Source of the DNA: Bacteroidota bacterium
GTDB lineage: Bacteria > Bacteroidota > Bacteroidia > JAIBAJ01
Direction: 5' to 3'
Length of the DNA stretch: 64,000 nt
Assembly: GCA_947475205.1 (NCBI GenBank)
Contig: CANJNG010000004.1
Coordinates: forward strand, 2,769-66,768
Shown: positions 10,534 through 22,087 of the stretch, piece by piece
Position numbering within the stretch: the stretch's first letter is position 1
Layout: each line of letters opens with the position of its first letter
Notes under the pieces: model-generated
What the model saw: only the letters and a program-made list of their open reading frames with translations
Database searches by the model: none
Told to the model about the DNA's origin: nothing
Made by a program: the position numbers and the translations under genes

Positions 10534-12360
10534 TTAGTGCGATTCCACTTCTCCATTTTGCAGTGGAACAGTTTGCTGAACAAAATCTTCAGGCATTCCA
10601 GGCTTACTGTAATCGTAAGGCCAACGGTGAACTTCAGGAATTGCTCCCGGCCAGTTACCGTGAATATGTTCTGTTGGTGCTGTCCACTCCATTGTATTTG
10701 CATTCCAAGGATTGTGCTTGGTCTTGGCTCCTTTGAAGATGCTGTAGAAGAAGTTAAACAAAAACAAGCATTGAGCAATTGCACCAAGGATAGCAAAGGT
10801 TGAAATCATTGCGTTGATATCAGAGAAACTATCGAAAAGAGCAAACTCAGTATTTGTGTAATAACGACGAGGAATACCCGCTAAACCTAAGAAGTGCATA
10901 GGAAAGAACACTCCATAAACGCTAACAATAGTAAGCCAAAAGTGAGCAAACCCTAATTGTTTGTTCATCATCTTGCCATACATCCGAGGAAACCAGTGAT
11001 AAACGCCGGCAAACATTCCAAAGATAGCTGATGCACCCATTACGATGTGGAAGTGAGCCACAACGAAATAAGTATCGTGGATGTTAATATCCAAGGCAGA
11101 ATCACCAAGAATGATACCAGTAAGACCACCTGTGATGAAGGTTGAAACCAATCCTACAGCAAACAACATTGCTGGAGTGAAAACGATATTCCCTTTCCAA
11201 AGTGTGGTGATGTAGTTAAATACTTTTACCGCAGATGGAATAGCCACAAGCAGTGTTGTGAAAGTAAATACAGAACCTAAGAATGGATTCATACCGGTGA
11301 TGAACATGTGGTGACCCCAAACGATAAAGGAAAGGAAAGCGATAACCAAAATTGAACCAATCATCGCCTTGTAACCAAAGATAGGTTTACGTGCATTGGT
11401 AGAGATAATCTCAGAAGTTAAACCAAGTGCAGGAAGAAGTACGATATATACCTCAGGGTGTCCTAAGAACCAAAATAAGTGTTGGAAAAGGATTGGTGAT
11501 CCACCGGTGTGTTCCAAGGCTTGACCTCCGATATAGATATCAGAAAGGTAGAATGAAGTACCAAAAGAACGGTCAAAGATTAATAGCAGAGCAGCTGCAA
11601 ACAAAACTGGGAACGAAAGAACACCTAAGATAGCTGTTACTAAGAAAGCCCAGATAGTAAGAGGAAGGCGAGTCATCGACATTCCCTTTACACGAAGATT
11701 CACAACAGTAACGATGTAATTTAAACTTCCAAGTAATGAGGACACTATGAATATTGCCATACTTACCAACCAAAGCGTCATACCCATTCCTGAACCCGGC
11801 ATGGCTTGTGGCAATGCACTTAAAGGAGGATAAATGGTCCAACCTCCTGATGCCGGTCCTGTTTCTAAGAACAGAGAAATAACCATGATTACACTTGAAA
11901 GTAAAAAGAACCAATATGATAGCATATTCAAAAAGCCGGAAGCCATATCCCTTGCTCCAATTTGAAAAGGAATCAAAAGGTTAGAGAAGGTACCGCTTAA
12001 TCCGCCGGTCAATACAAAGAATACCATAATTGTACCGTGGATTGTAACCAAAGCTAAATACATATCCGGGGCAAGAACTCCACCCGGAGCCCATTTGCCT
12101 AAGAATGTTTCTAATATTGGGAACGACTTTCCTGGCCAGCCTAGTTGCAGACGGAAGAAGATGGACATCATCATCGCCAAAATGCCCATAAATACTGCAG
12201 TTACCAAAAACTGCTTTGAAATCATTTTATGGTCTTGCGAGAAAACGTATTTACTTATAAATGACTCCTCGTGGTGATCGTGGTCGTCGTGAAAATGCTC
12301 GTGATCGTGGCCATGAGCATCGTGGTGGCCGTGATCCAATGTTTCAGCGTGTGATGACAT
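10534..12360 (-). CDS. ctaD: Cytochrome c oxidase (caa3-type) subunit I
   Basis: 608 aa. It has about 12 TM helices and heme-copper oxidase signatures (WFFGHPEVYIVLLPALG; HHMF; the GxxHFH region). It also has an unusual His-rich N-terminal extension (HGHHDAHGHDHEHFHDDHDHHEE). Confidence 0.9.
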   Translation of the reverse strand: MSSHAETLDHGHHDAHGHDHEHFHDDHDHHEESFISKYVFSQDHKMISKQFLVTAVFMGILAMMMSIFFRLQLGWPGKSFPILETFLGKWAPGGVLAPDMYLALVTIHGTIMVFFVLTGGLSGTFSNLLIPFQIGARDMASGFLNMLSYWFFLLSSVIMVISLFLETGPASGGWTIYPPLSALPQAMPGSGMGMTLWLVSMAIFIVSSLLGSLNYIVTVVNLRVKGMSMTRLPLTIWAFLVTAILGVLSFPVLFAAALLLIFDRSFGTSFYLSDIYIGGQALEHTGGSPILFQHLFWFLGHPEVYIVLLPALGLTSEIISTNARKPIFGYKAMIGSILVIAFLSFIVWGHHMFITGMNPFLGSVFTFTTLLVAIPSAVKVFNYITTLWKGNIVFTPAMLFAVGLVSTFITGGLTGIILGDSALDINIHDTYFVVAHFHIVMGASAIFGMFAGVYHWFPRMYGKMMNKQLGFAHFWLTIVSVYGVFFPMHFLGLAGIPRRYYTNTEFALFDSFSDINAMISTFAILGAIAQCLFLFNFFYSIFKGAKTKHNPWNANTMEWTAPTEHIHGNWPGAIPEVHRWPYDYSKPGMPEDFVQQTVPLQNGEVESH

Positions 12361-12382
12361 TTCTAATAGAACTTATTAATTA

Positions 12383-13453
12383 TTAATGAACTTGGGCTAC
12401 AACTTTTACTGTTGCAGAATCAACTTTGGTAGAATCAGCAGCAACTGCAGCAGAATCAACTGTAGCAGCAACAGGTGCAGGCGGTGCTATTTCCTGGGCA
12501 AATGTCTTCTTTTCAGAAATCCATTTATCAAACTCTTCCTGACTTTCTACAACTATTTTCATTTGCATATTGAAGTGGGAAGCTCCGCAAATTTTATTAC
12601 ATAACAATAGGTAGTCGAACTTATCGTTTCCTGTTTTAACACGCATTTCAGCGGTAGTGATAGTAGGGACAAAGTGCAACATAGTTTCCATACCGGGTAC
12701 GCAGTTCATTTGAGCACGGAAGTGAGGCATATAAGCACTATGAATCACGTCGCGAGAGTGAAATTTGAAGTTTACAGATTTCCCTACAGGAATGTGAAAT
12801 TCGCCACGAACAATTTTGTCATCGCTGGCAGCTTCGTCTTTAACATCAATACCTAAAGCATTTACACCATCAATCAAGCGGAAAGAAGCCTTACCCAATT
12901 GATTATCCTTTCCGGCGTAACGAGCAGTCCAATCGTATTGTTTAGCATACAACTCAATTACCATAGTTTCCTGAGGAGCCGGAGTAGTGATTTCATTCCA
13001 AGTACCGATACCGTAAACTATTAATGATGTAAGTACAATTGTAGGGATAACTGTCCAAATCAATTCAAGTTTAGTGCTGTGAGCAAAAAACGTTGCCTTT
13101 TGACCTTTACGATGATAGTACTTGAAAATGTAATAGAATAAGAATATATGTGTAGCAAAGAAAGTAGGAGTAATAATCCACATGGAAACATCAAATAACA
13201 TATCGGTCTTTAAACCGTGTTCCGAAGCGGATTCAGGTAATAGCAATGCTCCATAATTTTTTACTTGCCAATAAAAAGCATAGAAAAATAATACACCAAA
13301 AACTATCCAAGTAAGGGCATTGTTCTTGTTATTATCCTCTGTAATGTCGTTTACGTCACCACCTCGCAAGGCAGCCGACAACTCCATCACCTTTAGCAAG
13401 CGGGCAACAGCCAACACGCCTAAAACTACTGTAAATATGATTAACCAATTCAT
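12383..13453 (-). CDS. ctaC: Cytochrome c oxidase subunit II (CuA centre)
   Basis: It has two N-terminal TM helices. The CuA ligand motif HSAYMPHF...CNKICGASHFNMQM is present. It sits immediately upstream of subunit I. Confidence 0.85.
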   Translation of the reverse strand: MNWLIIFTVVLGVLAVARLLKVMELSAALRGGDVNDITEDNNKNNALTWIVFGVLFFYAFYWQVKNYGALLLPESASEHGLKTDMLFDVSMWIITPTFFATHIFLFYYIFKYYHRKGQKATFFAHSTKLELIWTVIPTIVLTSLIVYGIGTWNEITTPAPQETMVIELYAKQYDWTARYAGKDNQLGKASFRLIDGVNALGIDVKDEAASDDKIVRGEFHIPVGKSVNFKFHSRDVIHSAYMPHFRAQMNCVPGMETMLHFVPTITTAEMRVKTGNDKFDYLLLCNKICGASHFNMQMKIVVESQEEFDKWISEKKTFAQEIAPPAPVAATVDSAAVAADSTKVDSATVKVVAQVH

Positions 13454-13482
13454 TGTTTGATTCTATTTCTTATGTTAATTAC

Positions 13483-14682
13483 TTAAACGTGGTGATGCTT
13501 AGACTCCTCCAAGAAGGGGTGATTTTTAGCTACAAGTGGTGCTTTGGCAAGCGAACTTAATACTACAAATATAAATAAGCCTAGGAAAGCCAACAACATT
13601 CCAATTTCTAATGGCCCGATTCCCCAATGCTCTTTTACTGTTCCGGGCATTACCATAATGAATACATCTAACCAATGTCCGATAATGATAACAGAGCCTA
13701 CAAATTTAACTGTTCCCCAACGGCGTTTAGCATCTCTGGTCATCAAGACAAGGAATGGGAAAACGAAATTGATAGCCAAATTGAAAACCCACAACCATTT
13801 GTAGTTTTCCCATCTGTCCATATAGTAAGTAACCTCCTCAGGAATGTTTGCATACCAAATCAAAAGGAATTGTGCTGTCCACAAGTAAGCCCAGAATACA
13901 CTAAATGCAAACATGAACTTGGTTAAGTCATGTAAGTGGTTCTCATTAATATGCTCAAAATATCCGTTTTCTTTCAAGTGGATAACCAATAGGTTTATGG
14001 TGATGAGAGCTGAAACAAACATCCCAGCGAAGCAATACCATCCAAACAAAGTAGAAAACCAGTGAGCATCAATGCTCATAATTATATCCCAAGACATTGT
14101 AGAAGAAGTAACAGCGAAGAATACTAAGAACCAAGCTGAGAAGTCCATTGATTTGCGGTGACGTAATACACTTTCTTGTAAGTCTTCTTGCAAAGAACGT
14201 TTGCGGAAAGCACGCATGAATAAAGACCAGCCAACGAAGTAGGCTAAAATTCTTGCCCAATAGAAGATAGGATTGAAATACGCTTGCTTGCCAACCATTA
14301 TTTCATCATAGTGTTCTGATTTTGGGTCGTACAAATCAGGATCCATAAAGTGATAAAGGTGATTTAAGTGCAATTGACTTCCTAAGATACATAAAAGAAC
14401 AACTCCACATCCAATAGGAAGGTATTGAGAAACGGCTTCAAAAACGCGTTTTAAACCTGCGGACCACCCAGCTTCGGCAGCATATTGAACTGCCATAAAG
14501 AAAGTAGCACCCAAAGCAATTGCCATAAAGTAAAAGCCATTAACCAAAAGGTTGGCCCATATACGTTGAGCAGCGTGCTCATGGATAGTGAATGCTCCGA
14601 GCAAGGCCAAAAGAACGCCACCACCCATTAGGCCGTAAGCTATCTTCTTGTTGTTGTCGGTAAAGTTATAATTGAGATTCAT
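13483..14682 (-). CDS. actF: Alternative complex III subunit ActF (NrfD-like membrane subunit)
   Basis: 399-aa polytopic membrane protein. It is the last gene of the act cluster, immediately upstream of coxB, matching the Bacteroidota ACIII-caa3 arrangement. Confidence 0.65.
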   Translation of the reverse strand: MNLNYNFTDNNKKIAYGLMGGGVLLALLGAFTIHEHAAQRIWANLLVNGFYFMAIALGATFFMAVQYAAEAGWSAGLKRVFEAVSQYLPIGCGVVLLCILGSQLHLNHLYHFMDPDLYDPKSEHYDEIMVGKQAYFNPIFYWARILAYFVGWSLFMRAFRKRSLQEDLQESVLRHRKSMDFSAWFLVFFAVTSSTMSWDIIMSIDAHWFSTLFGWYCFAGMFVSALITINLLVIHLKENGYFEHINENHLHDLTKFMFAFSVFWAYLWTAQFLLIWYANIPEEVTYYMDRWENYKWLWVFNLAINFVFPFLVLMTRDAKRRWGTVKFVGSVIIIGHWLDVFIMVMPGTVKEHWGIGPLEIGMLLAFLGLFIFVVLSSLAKAPLVAKNHPFLEESKHHHV

Positions 14683-14711
14683 TTAATTGAAGACTAATGA
14701 TTCTTTGGAAA

Positions 14712-15317
14712 TTAAAGTTTTTGTAAAGTTTGAACGTAACGAATAACTGTCCAACGCTCCACTTTGCTTAATTGTGATGCATGTGAACCCATCATACCTT
14801 TACCATAAGTAAGTGTGTGGAACATTTTACCTTCAGGCAATTCTTTCAATGCAGCATTGTAAGCCGGCGGAGGAGGGAAATTCCCGGTTTGGGTAATGCT
14901 TCCATCTCCTTTACCTTGATCGCCGTGGCAGTGAACACAAAACTTAGTGTAAATGTCTTTTCCTTTTTCAACAACTTGAGCCGTTGCAGCAATTGGATTT
15001 ACCACTGTTGCAGCCAATTCATAGTCCTCAGCCTTTAAAGAATAAGGAACATAGTTCACAGGATTCCCTTCATAAGGATAGTTACCTTGTGAAACAGTGC
15101 CTTCAACAGGTTTACGAGCAGTGATGCTATCCGTGAAGTTAGGGTTTACGTTATAGTATTCGTAACCCACTGGGCGATACATATCCGGCATGTACTCGTA
15201 ACCCGGGCTAAGAGGCTGTTTGCGGCAAGAGTCTAATACCACAACAGAACCTACAACGAGGGCTATAGTAACAGCGGTTTTTGAAATTTGGTTAATTCTC
15301 ATTTTAGGAAACTCCAC
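14712..15317 (-). CDS. actE: Alternative complex III subunit ActE (monoheme cytochrome c lipoprotein)
   Basis: It has a signal/lipobox (VVVLDSC), a single CVHCHG heme-binding motif, and a Met axial ligand region (MMGSHA). Confidence 0.7.
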   Translation of the reverse strand: MEFPKMRINQISKTAVTIALVVGSVVVLDSCRKQPLSPGYEYMPDMYRPVGYEYYNVNPNFTDSITARKPVEGTVSQGNYPYEGNPVNYVPYSLKAEDYELAATVVNPIAATAQVVEKGKDIYTKFCVHCHGDQGKGDGSITQTGNFPPPPAYNAALKELPEGKMFHTLTYGKGMMGSHASQLSKVERWTVIRYVQTLQKL

Positions 15318-15320
15318 AAA

Positions 15321-15845
15321 TTATTTTTCTGAGATTTCTTGTACACCTGTAGCCAACAAAATCTCTTTGATTTTGGCTTCTTCAACTTTGTTATCTGCAA
15401 GATTGATTTGCATCATAAACTTATCGTCGGTGGTGCGTGGATCAGGATTGTGAGGCTCGCGACCGGGATACAGTTTATTAATCAGCAAAAAGGTAATCAC
15501 CATTCCATGACCTGCACAGAATACTGTCATTTCAAACATTGGAGGGATGAATGCAGGCATATTCAAGTAAAAGGCAAAACTTGGTTTTCCACCAATGTTC
15601 ATTGGCCAGTCGTGAATCATCATATACCAAAGCATTAAACTTCCTAGAGAAAGTCCTGTGGCACCATAAATGAATGCTCCTATACCCAATCGGGTGCGGG
15701 GCACTCCTATTACAGGGTCGATACCGTGAATTGGGAAAGGAGAAAAGACATCCTTGATGCGAACACCATTGCGGCGAAGTTCTTTGGCAGACTTTAACAG
15801 CAACTCGTCGTCATCGAAAAGACCGTATATTATTGATTTGCTCAT
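15321..15845 (-). CDS. actD: Alternative complex III subunit ActD
   Basis: 174 aa with one central TM helix. It sits between actC and actE, the position and size expected for ActD. Confidence 0.6.
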   Translation of the reverse strand: MSKSIIYGLFDDDELLLKSAKELRRNGVRIKDVFSPFPIHGIDPVIGVPRTRLGIGAFIYGATGLSLGSLMLWYMMIHDWPMNIGGKPSFAFYLNMPAFIPPMFEMTVFCAGHGMVITFLLINKLYPGREPHNPDPRTTDDKFMMQINLADNKVEEAKIKEILLATGVQEISEK

Positions 15846-15869
15846 TTACTTATGTGTAAAAATGCTTGG

Positions 15870-17246
15870 TTATTTTTTATATTGACTACCTGAAGATTTC
15901 AAAATTGATTTGATTTCCGCAATAGCTATTACAGGAAAAGTACGACAGAAAAGTAGGAACAATGTAAAGAAGATACCGTTTGTTCCGATAAAGATACCTA
16001 TGTCAACGAAAGAAGGGTGATAAATCAACCAGCTTGATGGAACATAGTCACGGTGCAAAGAGGTAACGATAATTACAAAACGCTCGAACCACATACCGAT
16101 ATTTACGAAGATAGAGATAATGAATGTGGCAATCAAACTGCGACGAACGCTTTTGAACCAAAACAACTGTGGGGTAACCACATTGCAGGTCATCATACTT
16201 GCATAAGCCCACCAGTAAGGTCCTGTAGCCCGGTTGATAAAGGCATATTGCTCATATTCCACACCAGAGTACCAAGAGATGAATAACTCGGTTAGGTAAG
16301 CCACGCCCACGATTGAACCTGTAAGGGTGATTACCTTATTCATTGACTCCACGTGGTTGATGGTAATATACGCTTCTAGGTTCAATGTTTTACGGGCAAT
16401 CAACAACAAAGTCAAAACCATAGCAAAACCAGAGAAGATAGCACCCGCAACGAAGTAAGGTGGGAAGATAGTAGTATGCCATCCGGGAACGATAGAAGTA
16501 GCAAAGTCCATAGATACTATCGTGTGAACCGAAAGTACAAGTGGAGTAGAAAGACCTGCAAGCACTAAAGCTAATTCTTCAAAACGGTGCCAAGCACGAG
16601 CATTACCGCTCCAACCGAAAGAAAGGATGTTATAGATTTTGCGACGTAATGGTTTGCCTTGCATTTGTGCACGGTCGCGGATTGTACCGAAGTCAGGAAT
16701 CAAACCGGAATACCAGAATACAAGAGAGATGGTGAAATAGGTTGTTACCGCAAACACGTCCCACATAAGTGGTGAGTTGAAGTTAACCCAAAGCGAACCG
16801 AATTGGTTTGGCAATGGAAACAACCAGTAGTCTAACCAAGGACGACCTGTGTGCATAGTTACGAAGATGGCCGCACAGATTACCGCAAAGATGGTCATCG
16901 CTTCCGCAGAACGGTTGATAGACATACGCCATTTTTGACGGAACAATAAAAGGATAGCTGATATAAGTGTTCCGGCGTGTCCGATACCCACCCACCATAC
17001 GAAGTTAGTGATGTCCCAAGCCCAACCTACTGTTTTATTTGCTCCCCAAGTACCAATACCTGTTCCAATAGTATAAGCCAAACAGCCTATTCCGTAAAGA
17101 GCTGTTAATGCAGAGATGGAAAATACAATCCACCACCATTTATTGGCTTTTCCTTCTACCGGAAAAGAAATGTCCTCAGTAATTTGGTGCCAAGTTTTAT
17201 CGCCTAATATCAGCGGTTCCCTGACAGTCGATTCGTGATTTGCCAT
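15870..17246 (-). CDS. actC: Alternative complex III subunit ActC (NrfD/PsrC-like quinol-binding membrane subunit)
   Basis: 458 aa with about 10 TM helices and NrfD-family topology. It directly follows the molybdopterin-family ActB. Confidence 0.8.
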   Translation of the reverse strand: MANHESTVREPLILGDKTWHQITEDISFPVEGKANKWWWIVFSISALTALYGIGCLAYTIGTGIGTWGANKTVGWAWDITNFVWWVGIGHAGTLISAILLLFRQKWRMSINRSAEAMTIFAVICAAIFVTMHTGRPWLDYWLFPLPNQFGSLWVNFNSPLMWDVFAVTTYFTISLVFWYSGLIPDFGTIRDRAQMQGKPLRRKIYNILSFGWSGNARAWHRFEELALVLAGLSTPLVLSVHTIVSMDFATSIVPGWHTTIFPPYFVAGAIFSGFAMVLTLLLIARKTLNLEAYITINHVESMNKVITLTGSIVGVAYLTELFISWYSGVEYEQYAFINRATGPYWWAYASMMTCNVVTPQLFWFKSVRRSLIATFIISIFVNIGMWFERFVIIVTSLHRDYVPSSWLIYHPSFVDIGIFIGTNGIFFTLFLLFCRTFPVIAIAEIKSILKSSGSQYKK

Positions 17247-17279
17247 TTAGTATATCTCGAAATTAATATTGTATAATAA

Positions 17280-20200
17280 TTATGCTTCGTTCTCTTCTTT
17301 TGTGCGGTTACGTACTTTAGTCAAATACCATACGTTTGGTTGAATACCTATTTCTTCCAACATGTGATATCCTCGTTCGTCTTTTGATGATTTAGCCACA
17401 TTGGTTTCTGCATCGTTAAGGTCGCCAAACGAAATCGCGTTTGTTGGACAAGCTGATTGACATGCAGTAGTGATTTCGCCATCTGTAACCTTACGGCTTT
17501 CTTTCTTAGCTCTTAGTTTACCTGATTGGATACGGTGAACGCACATTGAGCATTTTTCCATAACTCCACGTGAACGAACAGTTACATCAGGATTGATAAC
17601 CATTTTCGCCAAATCATCATTGAAGTTGAATGGGAACTGTTCGTTATCAAAATATTTGAAGTAGTTGAAACGACGAACTTTGTATGGACAGTTGTTTGCA
17701 CAATATCTGGTTCCGATACAGCGGTTGTAAGTCATTTGGTTCAAGCCTTCATTGCTGTGTGTAGTTGCAGCAACCGGACAAACTGTTTCGCAAGGTGCGT
17801 GATTGCAGTGTTGACACATCAAAGGCTGGAATACAACTGAAGGATTCTCTTCAGCATCTTCCATCGCTAAGAACTTATCAATAGCACCAACTCCTTCTTT
17901 CTCCGCTCTTTCTTCTGTCATTGCAGAAGTGTAATAACGGTCAATACGAATCCAGTGCATTTCGCGGCTACGACGAACTTCGTCTTTACCAACTACAGCA
18001 ACGTTGTTTTCGCTTGTGCAACTTGTTACGCAAGAACCGCAACCGATACAGGAATTCAAGTCAATGGTCATTCCCCAACGATGTCCACGGTCATTGGGAT
18101 GGTCGTCCCAAAGGTTTACTTTAGTTGGAGCTTGTTTACCGTGGTTTGTAGTTTGGATAAACAAATCAGGATTGCCTGATTTAGGGTCCTTAATATAATC
18201 AGTAAGGATTGTTTCCTTTACCATATCACGGCCCATCAAAGTGTGGTGGGTTTGTGTTGCAGCTACAGGATATTGTTCTCCTGTTTTGGTAACACTAACG
18301 TTTAGGTTTTGATAATCAAAGAAACCTCCGGAGGTACTTACTAAGTCGAAAGCATTAACTCCGATTCCATTTCCGGTTTTACCGGCTTTGGTACGGCCAT
18401 AACCTAAAGCTATGGATATAGTTCCAGGTTTTTGTCCCGGCTGAGGAATTGCAGGAAGTTTAACTGTTTTACCATTCACGGTAACACTTACAACATCGGC
18501 TTGCTCCCAGTTATCTCCTTTCTCGAACCATGTTAAGCCAAGTTTCTTCATGTCCGAAACGGCCATTGCCACATAGTTGTCCCAAGTAAGTTTAGAGATA
18601 GGATCGGGGAACTCTTGCAACCATGGGTTGTTTGCTTGATTTCCATCACCTAATCCTGTTTTTACATAAATAACTAATTCTGTATTTCCACCATTATCTT
18701 TAGTGGCTTTAGCGGCAGCAGCGTTTAAGTCAGCCACATTGGTTGCAGCAGTAGCAGCCAAAGCAGGAGTTTCGAAAACACCGCCTTGCAGCGAGCGAAC
18801 CCAGAATTCTTCTGCACCAAAACCTTCAGTAGATTTAGGCTGCAAAGTTGTTTGCCAAGTTGATTTTAGGAAAGAATGATAATCACCACCCAAATCAGCC
18901 CAAGCGATAAGACTATCTTGGAATTGACGAGTTTTGAAAAGTGGAGCAATGGTAGGCTGAGTTAAACTGTATTGTCCAACTTTAGGCTCAGCATCATCCC
19001 AGCTTTCTAGGTAGTGATTAGATGGAGCTAAATATTTGGTTAATGAACCTGTTTCATCTGCACGGTCGGCAAAAGAAACGCTTAATTCAACTTTAGAAAC
19101 TGCATCAGCAAAACCGCTTAAGGTATAAGCAGGATTAACTCCTTGAACAAACAAAGCACTGATTCCACCGGCTTTCATTTCATTCAATAAAGCGATAACC
19201 TTAGTGTCGTCACCTTGACGGATGTTCAAATAATTATCTAGGTCAATGGTATTGCCATAGTTTCCTAAAAGAGCATTGATTCCGTTTACAACTGTTTGTA
19301 CGCTTGGGTCGTTTGAACCAGCTACAACGATTGTGTTTCCTTTATTTTCCCACAATTCGTTTGCGGCTTTAGCAATTGCTTTATCGCCTTCGGTAGAACC
19401 GGAAGGAAGAGAAGAAGCACCGGCTTTCTTAGCAATTTCGTTGTAAAGATTTACAACGGCTTTGTTTATTTGAGAAGCTTTTAGAGAAACTCGGATATCG
19501 GCATTTGAACCTGTCAATGATAGAGCAGTTTCAAATTGGAAGTGGCGGCTCATGGCTTTGTTCTTCGGGTTACGGGTTACACCGTAAGCCTTAGCGAACT
19601 TCACACCACTTAACCAAGTATTCAAGAAATCGGCTCCGAAGCTTACAACAACTTTAGCTTTTTCGAAGTAATAATCTGGAACTACTGCTTTGCCGAAACT
19701 AGCTTGATTTGCATTTATAATCCCTGAATAAGAAATAGGATCATACGTTACAACTTCGGTAGTCGGATATTTAGCTTTGAACTGAGCAAGAATTGCTTTT
19801 GTAGAAGGGCTAATAATTGTAGAAGTCAAGAAACGGATTTTTCCGCCTTTAGCAGCAATCGCCGCTAGTTTCTCTTTTACTTCTTTATCTAAAGTATCCC
19901 AAGTGATTTGACGACCTGCAGCCTCAGCTCCTTTAGCACGACCGCTGTCATATAAACCAAGTACGGATGAGTTAACACGAGAGTTAATCCCGCCTTTGGT
20001 AACGTTAGAAATTTTGTTTCCTTCAATTTTGATAGGACGGCCTTCGCGAACTTTTACTAAAATGCTTGCATAGTCGTTGCTATCATAGAATGTAGAAGCA
20101 TACCAGTTTGCAACACCGGGAGTGATCTCTTCGGGTTTGTTCAAATAAGGAATAGCTCTGTTTACAGGGGTTTCGCAAGCAGCAAGCGTTGCAGCGGCAG

Positions 20201-20378
20201 TTGAAAACCCTAAAAACTTAAGGAAGTCGCGGCGGTTTGATGACGTGTCACCAATATTGGCATTGCCAAGAAGTTCTTCAACTTTAGCGTTTTCAGGAAA
20301 CTCAGCTTCTACTGACTGTTTAAACTCAGCTGTTGGATTGAGTTCTGCGTGTCCTTTCCAGTATCTTTTATTGCTCAT
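17280..20378 (-). CDS. actB: Alternative complex III subunit ActB (molybdopterin-oxidoreductase-like + 4x[4Fe-4S] ferredoxin fusion)
   Basis: 1032 aa. It has a Tat signal ([20 protein letters not shown]) and an MopB-like N-terminal half. The C-terminal half carries multiple CxxCxxCxxxCP ferredoxin motifs ([41 protein letters not shown]...). Confidence 0.85.
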   Translation of the reverse strand: MSNKRYWKGHAELNPTAEFKQSVEAEFPENAKVEELLGNANIGDTSSNRRDFLKFLGFSTAAATLAACETPVNRAIPYLNKPEEITPGVANWYASTFYDSNDYASILVKVREGRPIKIEGNKISNVTKGGINSRVNSSVLGLYDSGRAKGAEAAGRQITWDTLDKEVKEKLAAIAAKGGKIRFLTSTIISPSTKAILAQFKAKYPTTEVVTYDPISYSGIINANQASFGKAVVPDYYFEKAKVVVSFGADFLNTWLSGVKFAKAYGVTRNPKNKAMSRHFQFETALSLTGSNADIRVSLKASQINKAVVNLYNEIAKKAGASSLPSGSTEGDKAIAKAANELWENKGNTIVVAGSNDPSVQTVVNGINALLGNYGNTIDLDNYLNIRQGDDTKVIALLNEMKAGGISALFVQGVNPAYTLSGFADAVSKVELSVSFADRADETGSLTKYLAPSNHYLESWDDAEPKVGQYSLTQPTIAPLFKTRQFQDSLIAWADLGGDYHSFLKSTWQTTLQPKSTEGFGAEEFWVRSLQGGVFETPALAATAATNVADLNAAAAKATKDNGGNTELVIYVKTGLGDGNQANNPWLQEFPDPISKLTWDNYVAMAVSDMKKLGLTWFEKGDNWEQADVVSVTVNGKTVKLPAIPQPGQKPGTISIALGYGRTKAGKTGNGIGVNAFDLVSTSGGFFDYQNLNVSVTKTGEQYPVAATQTHHTLMGRDMVKETILTDYIKDPKSGNPDLFIQTTNHGKQAPTKVNLWDDHPNDRGHRWGMTIDLNSCIGCGSCVTSCTSENNVAVVGKDEVRRSREMHWIRIDRYYTSAMTEERAEKEGVGAIDKFLAMEDAEENPSVVFQPLMCQHCNHAPCETVCPVAATTHSNEGLNQMTYNRCIGTRYCANNCPYKVRRFNYFKYFDNEQFPFNFNDDLAKMVINPDVTVRSRGVMEKCSMCVHRIQSGKLRAKKESRKVTDGEITTACQSACPTNAISFGDLNDAETNVAKSSKDERGYHMLEEIGIQPNVWYLTKVRNRTKEENEA

Positions 20379-20417
20379 CGTTTGGATTATGCAAGTAATA
20401 TTTGGGAATTAATAAAA

Positions 20418-21728
20418 TTAGTGATGGCACTTGCCACATTCTGTTCCACCCATGGTTTCAACGGTAACTTTTTCCATTTTATCAAGGGTTTTAGTGTTAT
20501 GTTCTTTAGCGTATTTGTTGAAACGGTGGCTCATTTCGGTATAGTAACCGTTGCCTTCCATTTGAACTTGGGTTTCGCGGTGACAGTTGATACACCATCC
20601 CATTGTAAGTGGTGCATTTTGTTTCACCACGGCCATTGAATCCACCGCTCCGTGACACGATTTGCATTCAACCTTACCTACGGAAACGTGTTGTTGGTGG
20701 CTAAAGTAAACGTGATCGGGAAGGGTATGCACCTTTATCCATTTGATGGGTTTGGTGTTTGAACCGTAAGTTTGTGTAGCAGGGTTATAATCTAATGCGT
20801 TGTAGATTTTAGCAATCTCTGTTTTGCCGGTTGTTGGTCCTTCTTGAATAGCTTTGTGGCAATTCATACAAACGTTAGCCGAAGGAATACCGGCATGTTT
20901 GCTACGTTCAACACCTGAGTGACAATAAACGCAATTGATTTTGTTTTTCCCGGCGTGGATTTCGTGAGAGAACTTAATTGGTTGTTCGGGTTGGTAGCCT
21001 TGATAAACACCGATGCCTAACAAAGCATCCCAACCTATTTTGCTAATCCAAAGTATTCCGATGAATCCACCTAATGCAACAACTTTTTTGTTGTTGGCCA
21101 TCCAATATTTAACGCCATCCCATCCTGTGTGGTGAACCGGAGTAGGCAAACCGTTTTTGTCGGCAACTAAAGTTTCAAGGTTACGCTTGATTTGGCTTAG
21201 GAAGATAACTAATACTAAGAAGATAGCCGAAAGGCCGAATAATACATAGTTAAGTGTGTTGTCGGGAGCGGGTTTTTCGGTTGCTACTACTGCTCCGGCA
21301 GGGCCTGTTGTGGCTACTGGTGCAGGAGGGGCTACTATATAATCAACAACTGCTTTGATTTCATCATCGCTGAGGTATTCAAAAACGGTCATTGCCGCTT
21401 TGTTGTTCTCATTGAAAATCTTTACCGCATAAGCATCGCCCGAAGCAATAAGCTTGGTATTGTTTTTTACCCAGTTAAACAACCATTCGTTGGCTGGTTT
21501 TGGCACACGGTCGGCAATGCCTTTAAGACCGGGTCCGGTGAGCTTCTGGTCGGTGATTTTATGGCATGATGCACAATTTGCTTTGAAAATTGCGGCTCCA
21601 TCAGCAGCTGCAAAAGCCGACGATTGAGCAAAAACGCCTAAAACTACCGTGAAAAGAAGTAAATGTTTCCTAAAACCGAAATAGTCGTTACAGTTTGAAG
21701 TCATTGATTTTGCTGATGTTTTTAGCAT
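20418..21728 (-). CDS. actA: Alternative complex III subunit ActA (multiheme cytochrome c with N-terminal extra monoheme domain)
   Basis: It has six CxxCH motifs: CASCH, CVYCH, CMNCH, CKSCH, CINCH and CGKCH. A TM anchor separates the N-terminal monoheme domain from the pentaheme domain. It is the first gene of the cluster. Confidence 0.8.
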   Translation of the reverse strand: MLKTSAKSMTSNCNDYFGFRKHLLLFTVVLGVFAQSSAFAAADGAAIFKANCASCHKITDQKLTGPGLKGIADRVPKPANEWLFNWVKNNTKLIASGDAYAVKIFNENNKAAMTVFEYLSDDEIKAVVDYIVAPPAPVATTGPAGAVVATEKPAPDNTLNYVLFGLSAIFLVLVIFLSQIKRNLETLVADKNGLPTPVHHTGWDGVKYWMANNKKVVALGGFIGILWISKIGWDALLGIGVYQGYQPEQPIKFSHEIHAGKNKINCVYCHSGVERSKHAGIPSANVCMNCHKAIQEGPTTGKTEIAKIYNALDYNPATQTYGSNTKPIKWIKVHTLPDHVYFSHQQHVSVGKVECKSCHGAVDSMAVVKQNAPLTMGWCINCHRETQVQMEGNGYYTEMSHRFNKYAKEHNTKTLDKMEKVTVETMGGTECGKCHH

Positions 21729-22087
21729 TATACTAGTCCGAACACTGCCTTTGAATGCCGCCGCAAAAATAGAAACGCAGGATAATGGCGTTTAACTTTT
21801 TTTACGGATTGGGTAATTTAGAATGGTTCTAAATAGCGAGGTGGTTTGAGAAGAGAAATATTGCAGGGAAATTGAGGTGCTTTTGTGCCCTGACAGCCTT
21901 AAATTACGAATGGGACGCACGATTTTACTGATGTGCTGATTTGAAGACTGATTTTATGTAGGCCGAGAACATTGGATACGAGTCATTGGGGGCATATATG
22001 TTTTAAAGGAGAATGAGTGCGAAAGCATCCACAAAAAAAGCGAAGCACAATGCTTCGCTTTTTCCTATCAAAAAATACAATTACGAT

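Noticed and set aside
20418-21728. Extra N-terminal monoheme cytochrome c domain on ActA as a novel fusion
   Set aside because: An ActA with an N-terminal c-type domain plus a pentaheme domain is the usual Bacteroidota ACIII form, so it is not unusual.
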